This document shows, piece by piece, positions 37,553 through 50,873 of a DNA stretch of 64,000 bases. The stretch's first letter is position 1. Every line of letters begins with the position of its first letter. The DNA comes from Octopus sinensis (taxonomy: Eukaryota): positions 5,269,360-5,333,359 of the forward strand of contig NC_043019.1 in assembly GCF_006345805.1 (NCBI RefSeq), written 5' to 3'. Made by a program: the position numbers and the translations under genes. Below the pieces are notes generated by a model. That model did not search any database. It saw nothing but the letters and a program-made list of their open reading frames with translations, and was not told the origin of the DNA.

Positions 37553-37949
37553 TTTATATATAAAAGAGAAGCTGTGTGTATGTCTCCTACGATTTAGATT
37601 CCTAACTACTCCCACATTTAGCGCTGCAGTTTAACCAAAAGCGGGTATCTTATAGTCGTGATTCATATCGAGCCCTTCTGGGTATTAGCGCGCGTCTACG
37701 ATGAGTCTACGATTAAAAAAAAAAATTACCATCATTTTTTTTCCATTTTAATGCATTTTTTCGGTATTATATAAGGGAAGTAACTCTCTAAAAATGTCTA
37801 CGATGAGTCAACGATTTAAAAAAATTTACTATCATTTTTTTCCCATTTTTAGTGCCTTTTTTTGCTAGTTTTTGGCTATAACTCTCTAAAAATGCTTATA
37901 TAGTTATTTCCCTTACAAACCCGAGCAATGCCAGGCGATACTGCTAGTT
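37553..37949 (+). mobile_element. HINE/DINE-1-like element
   Basis: TCTTTATATATAAAAG...CCCGAGCAATGCCAGGCGATACTGCTAGT. Confidence 0.6.
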
Positions 37950-38775
37950 CATATTAAACCAGTTCTGTTCCTCTTACATCTGTTTTAATATTCATTAATA
38001 GCTGTCATGTCACTGAAGTCTGGGTCTTTAATGATTACATCCACTGGCATGGATAGCTTCCTGGTAATATCAGTAAAAATATTACACTTATCATCACATC
38101 AAGTAACCCACAACTCCCTGAATGTGAAGGAAGACTGTTTTCAATAACAAATTTCATATTCTCTGTAATTTGCTGTTGGTTTTTCTTAAATAATGACAGA
38201 GCCCCACACTGTCAGGTAAACACTACAGTTGAAAGCCTCTCCTTAATACTGGCCCCCATCTATGAATTCCTTCCAGGCCTTTCAAATAGTGCAATTAGAT
38301 ATTGGTTTCAAATTTTGGCACAAAGCCAGCAATTTCAGGGAGGCGGGTAAGTCACATCAACCCAATGCTTAACTGGTACTTATTTTATCAACTCCGAAAA
38401 GATGAAAGGCAGAGTCGACCTCAGTGGAATTTGAACTTGGGATGAAATGCCACTAAGCATTTTGTCTGATGTGCTTACCATTCGGCCAGCTCATCACCCT
38501 AGTGCAACTAGATATTAAACACTGGATTTCACAAAATAATAATTGAAGAGAGCTTAGTGTTTCTAAAAAGAGCCCCACTTATTAAACAGTTGGCTTTGCT
38601 CAGTAGAAGAAACCATGTCTGTTTTAAGCTACCTAGAATAAATGTAGTTATGTGAGTTAGATGTTCACAACCACATGGTAATGGGTATGATCTCACTGTG
38701 TGGTACCATTTACCATAGTCTTGGGTTAATGACTAATTTCTGAGAAGATAGAGACTATTAAAAAAACCCATCATA

Positions 38776-38940
38776 GGTGCAGGAGTGGCTGTGTGGTAAG
38801 TAGCTTGCTTACCAACCACATGGTTCCGGGTTCAGTCCCACTGCGTGGCACCTTGGGTAAGTGTCTTCTACTATAGCCTCGGGCCGACCAAAGCCTTGTG
38901 AGTGGATTTGGTAGACGGAAACTGAAAGAAGCCCATCGTA

Positions 38941-38992
<52 letters not shown>

Positions 38993-39220
38993 ATATATGC
39001 GTGTGTGTGTTTGTGTGTCTGTATTTGTCCCCCTAGCATTGCTTGGCAACTGATGCTGGTGTGTTTATGTCCCCGTTACTTAGCGGTTTGGCAAAAGAGA
39101 CGATAGAATAAGTACTGGGCTTACAAAAGAATAAGTCCCGAGGTCGAGTTGCTCAATTAAAGGCGGTGCTCCAGCATGGTCGCAGTCATATGACTGAAAC
39201 AAGTAAAAGAGTAAAAGAGT
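38776..39220 (+). mobile_element. SINE family A flanked by about 107-bp direct repeats
   Basis: 38669-38775 is repeated at 39221-39328. Confidence 0.85.
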
Positions 39221-39847
39221 AACCACATAGTAATGGGTATGATCTCACTGTGTGGTACCATTTACCATTGTCTTGGGTTAATGACTAATTTCTGAGAAGA
39301 TAGAGACTATTAAAAAAAACCCATCATACCGCCCTCCTCCCGTCCTCTCTAATCTACAACAGCTCTCTGTTCTGAAGATAGACCCCCCACAACTGGCCCT
39401 TAATGACACTGAAAATGCCCTGTTAAGATAGACAGAGCAGGTGTTTATTTTCTATCTTTCACTATTTACTTGTTTCAGTCATTAGACTGTGGCCATGCTG
39501 GGGCTCTGCCTTGAAGAATTTTTGGCTGAATGAATTGACCCTGGTACTTATATTTTTTTAAAACTGGATACCTTTTCTATCAGCCTTTTTGTTGAATTGC
39601 TAAGTTATGGGGAGATAAATTCATGAATACTGGCTGCCAAGTGGGGTGGGGTCCAAACACAGACAAAAAAACATACACACACATATATATATATGATGGG
39701 CTTTCAGTTTCTGTCTACCAAATCTACTCACAAGGCTTTGATTGGGTTGGGGCTGTTGTAGAAGACACTTGCCCAAGGTGCCATGCGGTAGGACTGAACC
39801 CGGCACCATGTGCTTGGGAAGCATGCTTCTTATCACATAACCATGTC

Positions 39848-40250
39848 TCTCTTTACTCTTTTACTTGTTTCAGTCATTTGACTGCGGCCATGCTGGAGCA
39901 CCGCCTTTAATCGAGCAACTCGACCCCGGGACTTATTCTTTTGTAAGCCCTGTACTTATTCTATCGGTCTCTTTTGCTGAACCGCTAAGTAACGGAGACA
40001 TAAACACACCAGCATCGGTTGTCAAGCAATGCTAGGGGGACAAACACAAACACACACACGCATATATATATATATATACATATATATGACGGGCTTCTTT
40101 CAGTTTCCGTCTACCAAATCCACTCACAAGGCATTGGTCGGCCCGAGGCTATAGTAGAAGACACTTGCCCAAGGTGCCATGCAGTGGGACTGAATCCGGA
40201 ACCATGTGGTTGGTAAACAAGCTACTTACCACACAGCCACTCCTGCGCCT
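39848..40250 (-). mobile_element. SINE family A
   Basis: Same structure; older copy adjacent at about 39460-39840. Confidence 0.85.
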
Positions 40251-40502
40251 AAAATGTCTGATCATTTTACATATCTTTTTTACAATCCGTCCCCAATACT
40301 TGGGGACCCAACAGAAGACTTACTGCAGTACCATGGGACTGAAGAAATGAAGAAATATCCCAACATAGAAGACGTCCAAATTACCATTAAACAGATAAAT
40401 TCGGGGAACCCCTATCCCTGGAACTGATGGTATACCAGCTGAGATTATTAAACAGCGTGTGTGTAGGAGATCAACAATAGGACCACATTAGTTGTCAATT
40501 AA

Positions 40503-40905
40503 GGTGGCGAGCTGGCAGAAACATTAGCATGCCGGATGAAATACTTAGCGGTATTTCATCTGCCGCTACGTTCTGAGTTCAAATTCCACCAAGGTCGACT
40601 TTGCCTTTCATCCTTTCGGGGTCAATAAATTAAGGACCAGTTACGCACTGGGGTCGATATAATCGACTTAATCCGTTTGTCTGTCCTTGTTTGTCCTCTC
40701 TGTGTTTAGCCCCTTGTGGGCAATAAAGAAATAGGTATTTCGTCTGTCGTTACGTTCTGAGTTCAAATTCCGCTGAGGTCGACTTTGCCTTTCATCCTTT
40801 CGGGGTCGATAAATTAAGGACCAGTTATGCACTGGGGTCGATATAATCGACTTAATCCCTTTGTCTGTCCTCTCTGTGTTTAGCCCCTTGTGAGTAGTTA
40901 GGAAT
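40503..40905 (+). mobile_element. Family-B SINE, head plus two bodies
   Basis: Junction AAATAG|GTATTTCGTCTG. Confidence 0.8.
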
Positions 40906-42366
40906 TAGTTGTCAATATGTGGAATGGTTCATCAGTTCCACTGGATTTGAAAGATACTAGCCTAAGGTACAAGGGAAAAAGTGCCTAATTATACTGGGGT
41001 AACTTTCATACTATTTTCTTACAACTGTGGGTCAGATGTACGTCAGACTTTTATTGAAACCACAGCAGACACACACCTGCTCCTTAGTTGTCCTAAAGAC
41101 TTAATATGGATTTAGATTTTGAAGCAGTACCACAAATATGATCTTTAGTGCCAGTCTGTTGCAAGAGAAGTGTATAGAGCCGAGACGTTCTCTTTTACCG
41201 ATTTTTCTTTTATTTAACGAAAGTGTAGTGGTGATTTAAAACCCAACTGCTAGACAACCAGTCTGACACCACGAACAAACCACCACAAGTTCCATGGGAT
41301 CAGTCTATCAACTAACCCCTCAATGTGAGATTGTGATGGGCTATGGTTAGCTTAAATGTTCTTGTTCTCTATAAGGAACTGCTTTTGCCGCTTGATAAAC
41401 TGCAGTGTGTTGAAGGCAGCTGAGCGATGTGCCTCCACTTTTGCTCTGATCATTTGTTAAAAGCACCCAGTACACTCTGTAAAGAGGTTGTTTTCATGAT
41501 GTATGGAGCATGAAAAAGTCTCAGTTTTTAGGAGTGAAACTTTAATAATTATTAAAAACTAATTTTATTTCTTTAACGAGTATGATGGTTTCCCAAACAC
41601 TTTTTAGGATTAGCAGGTATACCATGACAATTTTCAGTCTACCCAGATTCCTACATTAAATGAAATATACTATATATACTATATATCTGTAGAATTACTT
41701 CTCTCTGACATCAAATATATTCTTTATATTTAAAGCACCCACTACACTCTTGGAGTGGTTGGCATTAGGAAGGGCATCTAGCTGTAGAAACTCTGCCAGA
41801 TCAGATTGGAGCCTAGTGCAGCCTTCTGGCTTGCCAGTCCTCAGTCAAATCGTCTAACCCATGCTAGCATGGAAAGCGGACGTTAAACGACGACGACGAT
41901 GATGATGATGATGTATGGGAAAGATTAATTTCTCAATGGACCATTATTTGACCAAACTACTTAAACACATTTCTTGAATGAGACAGAAACCATGCTAAAT
42001 GAGAAAATGGAGCCCAGACAGTTCTCCAGTGGACCAGCTCCTATAAAACCGTCCAACCCATGCCAACGTGGAGAATGGATGTTAAATGATGATGAACTCC
42101 AGTTTCTTGGACAGACCCTTTCTGAACATTCACACAATGTCCTGTAAGTAACTTCTATGGATGCGATGCAGCTTCTCTCTCTCTCTCTTCCAGTTAGTGA
42201 TTATTAATGTTGTTCATTGTAAATAGCCAACACCAAATATCTTCATGTCCAGCAAGAAATATTCAATGAAATATTTGTGAGTTGCTTCAGTTTATTATTC
42301 AAGCAGTCAACAAATATCTTCATTCACTGCTACTTGAACAACCAATTCACCTTATGATAAAAGCTC

Positions 42367-43083
42367 GGATCTTTTCCTTTTGAACGGCAGTTTTCAACAC
42401 AATTTCTAGTTAACTAAACACTTTTAAACTTCGTATACTGGTAGAATGTGCCAAAATAAAACATTTTTTTCTCTTGGCTTTCTTGAGAAAATTGTAATTT
42501 GTAAGTTTAACATAGTTTAATTTTTCGAATTTTAACCAATCCTATGCCCTCTTTTGAGCTAAAATCATTTGCTGCATCTAAAACAGATAACATCCTGTCA
42601 CTAACCCTAACCCTAAATTTTAGCCTTTCGTTCTTTTTACTTAATTGTTAAATTAATTTAAGGATAACAATTAAGAAAAAAAAACGAAAGCAATGGAAAA
42701 TAATTTTAATTAAGAAAAAAAAAACGAAAGGCTAAAACGAAAGCAAAAACAAAACGAATTATTTTAGACACACGCGTAACAATTAAATTAATTTAACAAT
42801 TAAGAAAAAAAACAAAAACGAAAGACTAAAATTTAGGGTTAGGGTTAGTGACAGCATGTTGTCTCCGTTTTAGACGCAGCAAATGATTTTAGCTCAATGG
42901 AGGCGATTCATTGGTTAAAATTCGAAAAATTAAACTACGTTAAGCTTACAAATTACAATTTTCTCAAGAAAGCCAAGAGAAAAAAATGTTTTATTTTGAC
43001 ACATTCTACCAGTATACGAAGTTTAAAAGTGTTTAGTTAACTAGAAATTGTGTTGAAAACTGCCGTTCAAAAGGAAAAGATCC
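42367..43083. mobile_element. GGATC MITE long-foldback variant (about 290-bp arms), TSD AAAAGCTC/AAAAGCCC
   Basis: Both arms derive from the family's left end. Confidence 0.85.
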
Positions 43084-43363
43084 AAAAGCCCTTCGACACG
43101 GTCGATAGAAATGCAGTGAAGAGAATCTTGGGAAAGATGGGTGCTCATCTGAGAGCGAAGATATGTTTGTCCAATAACACCCTGGGGCAAAGGCTTGTTT
43201 CAACTCAAATAGGTGCCGTCATAGCCAATTCGAATTTTATAAGGTTGTTGAACAAGGGGACATAACTGCGTCAATTTTTGTTCATAGATTTTGCAATTAT
43301 AAAAGCGCACTAATTTAAGGACTGCAATCAAAGTGTCTCTGTCCACTATTGTAAACTTTCTAA

Positions 43364-43775
43364 GGATCTTTTCGGTTTGAACGGCAGTTTTTTAAAAATA
43401 ATTTCCACGTAACTAAACACTTTTAAACTTCGTATACTGGTAGAATGTGTTTATAAAACATCTTTTTCTCTCGGCTTTATTGAGAAAATTCTATAGTTTG
43501 TAAGATATTTGTTGTTTTTTTTTTTAATTTCTGCAATTTCAACCAATCACTGACGTCCTTTGAGGTAAACAACATTCTGTGCCATATGAATATGTCCCTC
43601 GTTTAAGAAACAGATTGGGTTTATTTACATTTGTGAAGAAATGAAGATACCCTTCCCCCCACCCCTAACCCTAACACAGATTGAAATGCAATAGATCAAT
43701 ACTAGGGTCATAATTATGGGTGACAATTTCATATGACACCACTAGAAAAAACTGCCGTTCAAACCGAAAAGATCC
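43364..43775. mobile_element. GGATC MITE, TSD CTTTCTAA
   Basis: TIRs plus exact TSD. Confidence 0.9.
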
Positions 43776-43994
43776 CTTTCTAATCGGAATTGATTCAAAT
43801 CTAGATTGGGGTTCATTAAGAATATTAGTTTCAAATTTCGGCACAAGGCCAGCACTTTCGGGTATGTCGATTACATTGACCTCAGTGCTCTACTGGTGTT
43901 TACTTTAAGGCAAAGTCGACCTCAGCAGAATTTGAACTCAGAACAGATGGATGAAATGTTACCCGGCATGCTAATGACTCTGCCAAGTAGTTCA

Positions 43995-44388
43995 TTCTCT
44001 TTTACTTGTTTCAGTCATTTGACTGTAGCCATGCTTGAGCACTGCCTTTAGTCAAGCAAATTGACCCCCAGGACTCATTCTTTGGAAGCCTAGTACTTAT
44101 TCCATCAGTCTCTTTTGCTGAACTGCTAAGTTACGGGGATGTAAACACACAGCATTGGTTGTCAAGCGATGTTGGGGGGACTAACACAGACACACAAACA
44201 TATATATATATATATACACATATGATGGGCTTCTTTCAGTTTCCGTCTACCAAATCCACTCACATGGCTTTGGTTGGCCCGAGGATATAGTAGAAGACAC
44301 TTGCCCAAGGTGCCACGCAGTGGGAATGAACTCAGAACTATGTGGTTGGTAAGCAAGTTACTTACCACACAGCCACTCCTGTGCCTAT
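43995..44388 (-). mobile_element. SINE family A
   Basis: Same structure. Confidence 0.85.
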
Positions 44389-45439
44389 TAAGAATATTAA
44401 AAACAAATAATGAACTTCTGCTGTGCCAATCTTGCTTTTGATCATAAAATGATAAGTCAGAAGAAAACTAAGGTCATGTTTAAGGAAACATGAATTTGTA
44501 ATTAAATACATGGGAAGCACTCCGTCGGTTACGACGATAAGGGTTCCGGTTGATCCGAATCAACGGAACAGCTTGCTCGTGAAATTAACATGTAAGTGGC
44601 TGAGCACTCCACAGACACGTGTACCCTTAACGTAGTTCTGGGGGATATTCAGCGTGACAAGACCGGCCCTTTGAAATACAGGTACAACAGAAACAGGAAG
44701 TAAGAGTGAGAGAAAGTTGTGATGAAAGAGTACAGCAGGGATCACCACCATCCCCTGCCGGAGCCTCGTGGAGCTTTAGGTGTTTTCGCTCAATAAACAC
44801 TCACAACGCCCGGTCTGGGAATCGAAACCGCGAGTCCGCCGCCCTAACCATTGCGCCTCCATAATTAAATACAGTTATCCTAGAGACCAGACAGAGGATC
44901 TTGTAGATCTTTTAATCTACGTTCCTCTACTTGCTTACCAATTCCATTGGTGCGCACCTGGCAGAACCTTTCAACTGTGATGCCAGCACAGGGATTGCCC
45001 TGCACACTAAGTATGAAGAGTACGCATTATCCTAAGACCTGGTATGGTTGATATCCAGCTTCGTCAATCTCATGTGGCAGATGTTCAGCCAAGTTATAGT
45101 TTGGTGTGGTTTCGACGGTGGCGAGCTGGCAGAAATGTTAGCACACCAGGCGAAATGCTTAGCAGTATTTTGTCTGTCGCTACGTTCTGAGTTCGACTTT
45201 GCCTTTCATCCCAGTTACGCACTGGGGTCGATGTAATCGACTTAATCCGTTTGTCCCCTCTGTGTGTAGCCCCTTGCGGGCAGTAAAGAAATAGGTTAAT
45301 GTCCAACCACAAGGAAAACCTGGGGGTGGTGGTGGGGTAGAGTTGGTCCCTGTATTTGTAACAGAGTGAAATCCAAATATTATGCTTGAATAAATTAAGA
45401 TGGGATGGTCACAGCAGGATCACAGTTTGGCTTGACAAC

Positions 45440-45880
45440 AACAACTCCGACGTCTGGCAGCTGACTTGGCAGACACCCATAAAATTATTAACCATCTTAC
45501 AAACAATAACTCTGAGCACCTTTTCAAACTCCACTTGTCTAACACCCGTGGACATGTTTACAAAGTCAGAAAACAGCACAGCTCCCATGACTTTCGGAAA
45601 CATTTTTTCACGCTAAGAGTTGCTGAAGCATGGAACAAACTGCCGGCATCAGTTGTTAGTTGTCGGAGCATTGCATCCTTCAAAACTTCCATGCTTCCTG
45701 AGATTCGCGAACACTACACCTGATTTTCTCCCCTCCATACACACGCAAGCATGTATCTGACTCGTACACTGTTCGCTTTCCAGACATTTGTACATTACTG
45801 CATATACTTTATACGCACTTTCTGACAAGTTGTGGTGCACCTGAGCACTGTATACAATAATTTCATTCTTATTATTATTA
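45440..45880 (+). mobile_element. CR1 LINE 3' fragment, close copy of 10200-10630
   Basis: Near-identical nucleotide sequence and the same tail. Confidence 0.9.
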
Positions 45881-46134
45881 TAACTTATAACAAGTTATAA
45901 AATGCAACAAATAATCTTTTCTACTATAGGTATAAGGGCTGAATTTCAGGGGACGGGGTTAAGTTGATTACCTCAGTCTGAGTATTCAAGAGATATTTCT
46001 TTTATTAATGCTGAAAGGATGAAGGGCAAAGTGGAATTTGAACTCAGAACGTGAAGATGAAGGAAATACTGCCAAACATATTGCTTAGTATGCTAGCGAT
46101 TCTGCCTTAATGATAATAACAATAATCCTTTCTT

Positions 46135-46710
46135 ATTTCTTTATTGCTCACAAGGGGCTAAACAAGGACAGACAAAGGGATTAAGTCGATTACATCGACC
46201 CCAGTGCGTAACTGGTACTTAATTTATTGACCCCGAAAGGATGAAAGGCAAAGTTGACCATGGCAGAATTTGAACTCAGAACGTACGGCAGACGAAATAC
46301 CTATTTCTTTACTACCCACAAGGGGCTAAACATAGAGGGGACAAACAAACGGATTAAGTCGATTACATCAACCCCAGTGCGTAACTGGTACTCAATTTAT
46401 CGACCCCGAAAGGATGAAAGGCAAAGTTGACCTTGTTGGAATTTGAACTCAGAACACAAAGACAGACGAAATACCTATTTCTTTACTACCTACAAGGGGC
46501 TAAACACAGAGGGGACAAACAAGGACAGACAAACGCATTAAGTCGATTATATCGACCCCAGTGCGTAACTGGTACTTATTTAATCGACCCCGAAAAGATG
46601 AAAGGCAAAGTCGACCTAGGCGGAATTCGAACTCAGAACGTAGCGGAAGACGAAATATGGCTAAGCATTTCGCCCGGCGCCCTAACCACTCTGCCAGCTC
46701 GCCACCTTAG
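46135..46710 (-). mobile_element. Family-B SINE, head plus three bodies
   Basis: Same junction on the minus strand. Confidence 0.8.
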
Positions 46711-46997
46711 ATAATAACAATAATCCTTTCTGTTATAAGTACAAGGCCTGAAATTTGTGGGGAGGGGACTAGTCGGTTACATCGACCCCAGTGTATAACT
46801 GGCACTTAATTTATTGACCCTGAAAAGATAAAAAGGCAAAGTCAACCTTGGTGAGATTTGAACTCAGAATGTAAAGACGGACGAAATGCAGCCAAGCATT
46901 TTGCCTGGCGTGCTAACGATTCTGCCAGCGTTGTCGCTTTGGCAACAAATAAATGCAAACTCAACACCAGGATAAATACAAAAAAGAAATAAAAAAA

Positions 46998-47012
46998 GGA
47001 CTTTTATTGCAA
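46998..47012 (-). terminator. Candidate MED22 polyadenylation signal AATAAA (47008-47003)
   Basis: AATAAA on the minus strand 5 nt after the TAG stop. Confidence 0.45.
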
Positions 47013-47231
47013 CTATTTATAAACACAAGAATAATATTCGTCTTCAAGTTCGTAAAGTTCAGTGGCCATGTCGTCTCGTAAGGTTAGTAGCTTTGTGTCC
47101 AGTTCACTCTGTTTCTGTTTGTATAGTTTTGTGTTCTGACCGATGACGTCGTTCACCGATGGGAAATCGTTCAAGATGAGGAACTGCTTGAGGTCTGATA
47201 CGAGCTTCATGAGGGATTCTCCAGCACGAAC
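47013..47231 (-). CDS. MED22: MED22 terminal exon ([27 protein letters not shown]...YYSCVYK*)
   Basis: Near-identical to the MED22 core motif; acceptor ggacag; total 142 aa. Confidence 0.97.
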   Translation of the reverse strand, partial: VRAGESLMKLVSDLKQFLILNDFPSVNDVIGQNTKLYKQKQSELDTKLLTLRDDMATELYELEDEYYSCVYK

Positions 47232-47303
47232 CTGTCCACGTGGGGAAGAGAAAGGAAGACAAACGAAACTAAGTGAGCTTACAGTCAAATAATTAGAAGT
47301 GTG

Positions 47304-47780
47304 GGCAATCTTACGGTTCTGGTATATTTTACGTCAACTGATCACGGGTATTTGTTTATATATGATCGTCGATTTCCGTAAAAAACTTTTATTTTTTTAC
47401 GTGTGGGTGGCACGTAAAAAGCACCCACTACACTCACGGAGTGGTTGGCGTTAGGAAGGGCATCCAGCCGTAGAAACACTGCCAGATCTGACTGGGCCTG
47501 ATGAAGCCTTCCGGCTTCACAGACCCCGGTTGAACCGTCCAACCCATGCTAGCATGGAAAGTGGACGCTAAATGATGATGATGATGATATGGGGTTGGGG
47601 GGAAATGGGATCTTTGGGGTTAGGATTACGTTTAGGGTTTGGGGTTAGGGTTACGACCCTAACCCCAAAGATCTCATTTCCCCCCAACCCCATATGTAAA
47701 AAAAATAAAAGTTTTTTACGGAAATCGACGATCATATATAAACAAATACACGTAAAATATACTAGAACCATAAGATTGCC
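47304..47780. mobile_element. Palindromic MITE (GGCAATCTTA..GATTGCC), TSD GAAGTGTG, with nested family-C SINE (about 47400-47590)
   Basis: Arms and TSD read directly. Confidence 0.85.
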
Positions 47781-48356
47781 GAAGTGTGTGTGTGTGTGCA
47801 TCTAATTCTATTTTACCTTTTATTTGTTTCGGTCGTTAGACTGTGGCCATGCTGGGGCACCACTATGAAGAGTTTTTAGCCAAACAAAACAAACCTCAAT
47901 GCCATTTTAAAAAAAAAGCCTAGTACTTATTCTATCAGTCTCTTTTGCCAAACTGCTATGTTATGCGGATGTAAACAAACCAGCACTGGTTGTCAAGCAG
48001 TAGTAGGGGACAAACACTGATACATAGACACCATCACACACATACACTTATATATATACATATACATATATATATATATACATATACATATGCTTTATTT
48101 AAAGCAGCAGAAAACTCAACAAAACCTGTTACTCTGAGTTTCCTGTTGCTGTTCATCGGACAGTTTTTGCTGAACGGCAACAGGAAACTCAGAGTAACAG
48201 GTTTTGTTGAATTTTCTGCTGCTTTTAATAAAGCATATTACTCTACCACTGGTATTTGAGTACTCTTTTTTCCACCTTGTTTCACATTTATGTGTTTACT
48301 CCGGTATATACATATATATACATATACACACACACATATGTATACATATATATATA

Positions 48357-48737
48357 CTAGCAGTATCGCCCGGCGTTGCTCAGGTTCGTAAGGGAAATAA
48401 CTATAAAGCATTTTTAGAGAGTTATAGCCAAAAAATAGAAAAAAAATGGAAAAAAAATGATGGTAAATTTTTTTTGAGAGTTAAAAAGGTGGAGTTGCGT
48501 CCCCTAGACGGTTTGTGGTTTGGGTTTCTGATTCTCAACCCCATGTCGAATTTATCGATTTTTTTCAGAACTGGGGGAACTTTTCAAAATTTTCGCTGCG
48601 TTAGTTTTGAATTATGACATTGGGCTATGTGTGTGTCAAGTTTCATCAGAATCGGTTGAAAGCCGTGGTCAGAGTGAGGGTACAACCTAACAGACACACA
48701 GAAACACGCACAGACAAACTGCCGTTTATATAGAGAG

Positions 48738-48740
<3 letters not shown>
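48357..48740 (-). mobile_element. HINE/DINE-1-like element
   Basis: Same termini; partial relatives at about 20040-20320 and 56565-56870. Confidence 0.55.
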
Positions 48741-48772
<32 letters not shown>

Positions 48773-49115
48773 TATATATATACATACACACCACACACAC
48801 ATATATATATATACATATACACACACACACATATATATATCATACACACACACATATATACATACACACACACACACCATATATATATACATACACACAC
48901 ACACACCATATATATATATATACATATACACACACACATATATATATCATACACACACACATATATACATACACACACACACACACATATATATATACAT
49001 ATACACACACACACACACACACATATATATATCATACACACACACATATATACATACACACACATATATATGTACACACACACACACACATATATATGTA
49101 CACACATACACATAC
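48735..49115. repeat. Compound (TA)/(CA) microsatellite
   Basis: Direct. Confidence 0.98.
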
Positions 49116-50641
49116 ATGACAGGTTTCTTTCAGTGTATGTCTACAGATCCCCTCACAAGGCTTTGGTTTGCCCGAGGCTAATGAGAAGCAAACTCCTGAC
49201 CAAACAGCCACAAGTGTGTTTATATTTGTATGTGTGTGTATATGGAAATATATTTATCACTCAAGAGTGTGTATATGCATGCATGTCTATCTAGGAATAC
49301 ATCATCAAATATAAGTATAGGTATGTATGCAACATCAGCTGAATGGTTAAGAACTTCTCTTCACAATCACAAGGTCCTTGGTTCAATTCCAGTGTATGGC
49401 ACCTTGGGCAAGGGCCATTTATTTTGTCGACAGGCTGACCCCAAGCCTTGTCTATGAAACTGGATAGATACAAACTGTGTAGAATCTCAATGGTTAGATT
49501 ATACCTGTAATACAGTCGCATCATCTTAATGAAATTCTCAATCTGAATTCTGATTCAGGTTGTGGATTTCATTAAGGGTACATGTGTCCCTTATATGCTA
49601 ATTCAATGACTGGCTTCTGTGCCGGTGGCACATAAAAAGCACCAACCAATCGTGGCCGGTGCCAGCCTCCCCTGGCACGTAAAAAGCACCCACTACACTC
49701 ATGGAGTGGTTGGCGTTAGGAAGGGCATCCAGCTGTAGAAACACTGCCAGATCAGACTGGAGCCTAGTCCAGCCTCCTGGCTTCCCAGACCCCGGTCGAA
49801 CCGTCCAACCCATGCTAGCATGGAAAGCGGACATTAAACGATGATGATGATGATGATAGTGCAGTTGATTAAACAATTAATATGTATTGTCTAAATTGAC
49901 AGTGATCTTATTGTCTTTACATTATGAAATATTGGAGTTGTTTAGCCCAAGGACAGCTTCGACCAAGATTATCTCCCTTTCATTTAGACCAGTAGTCTTC
50001 AACTGGGGTCATATGGACTTTGGGGGTTTCACAAAAGATTTTGTTGTTAAAATTTCTGTGCACTGAAATCCGTTATACTTCTACCATACACAAAATATTT
50101 TAACAGTTTTTTAAAATACAATTCTTAATAATCATCATCGTTTAACGTCCGCTTTCCATGCTAGCATGGGTTGGACGGTTCAACTGGGGTCTGGGAAGCC
50201 TGAAGGCAGCACCAGGCCAGTCAGATCTGGCAGTGTTTCTACAGCTGGATGCCCTTCCTAACGCCAACCACTCCATGAGTGTAGTGGGTGCTTTTTATGT
50301 GCCACCGACACAGGTGCCAGACGAGGCTCGCGAACGGCCATGTTTGGATGGTGCTTTTTAAGTGCCACCGACATAGGTGCCAGACGAGGCTGGCGAATGG
50401 CCACACTCGGATGGTGTTTTTTATGTGCCACCGACACAGGTGCCAGACGAGGCTGGCTATTAATATTTAATTATAAAGATATAATAGGGTTATTTTAAAC
50501 ATTGGATGGCTATGAGGGTCCACCTGAGGTAAAACAGGAACTAAAGGGGTCCATAGGAAAAATGGTGTAACTAAGATTGACTTGAGAGAGAGAGAGAGAG
50601 AGAGAAAGAAAGAGAAGCAATGCTTCTTCAGTACAACTTAC

Positions 50642-50722
50642 AATATTTGAAGCGCGGACTTGCATCTCATATTGATCTTGTTCTGCTTGAGTCATCCTTG
50701 AGATTTGTGTATCGTCTTCCAC
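50642..50722 (-). CDS. MED22: MED22 coding exon 2 (VEDDTQISRMTQAEQDQYEMQVRASNI)
   Basis: 81 nt, phase 0/0, acceptor gactcag, donor ATT|GTAAGT; matches IEDETQVSRATQGEQDNYEMHVRAANI. Confidence 0.96.
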
Positions 50723-50873
50723 CTGAGTCACACAAAAAAAAAAACATTCGTTACAAGACATAAGGACATTTTTCCCAAAAGTATTTTTCATTTCCCTATC
50801 ACAATCATTGAAAGACAATTAACCAAATTCATTTGTTCTTTATCTGAAAATGCAAACCTATGATCAACAACAT

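Noticed and set aside
42601-42850. Interstitial telomere or chromosome fusion site
   Set aside because: Only 2-3 TTAGGG units, all embedded in MITE arms.
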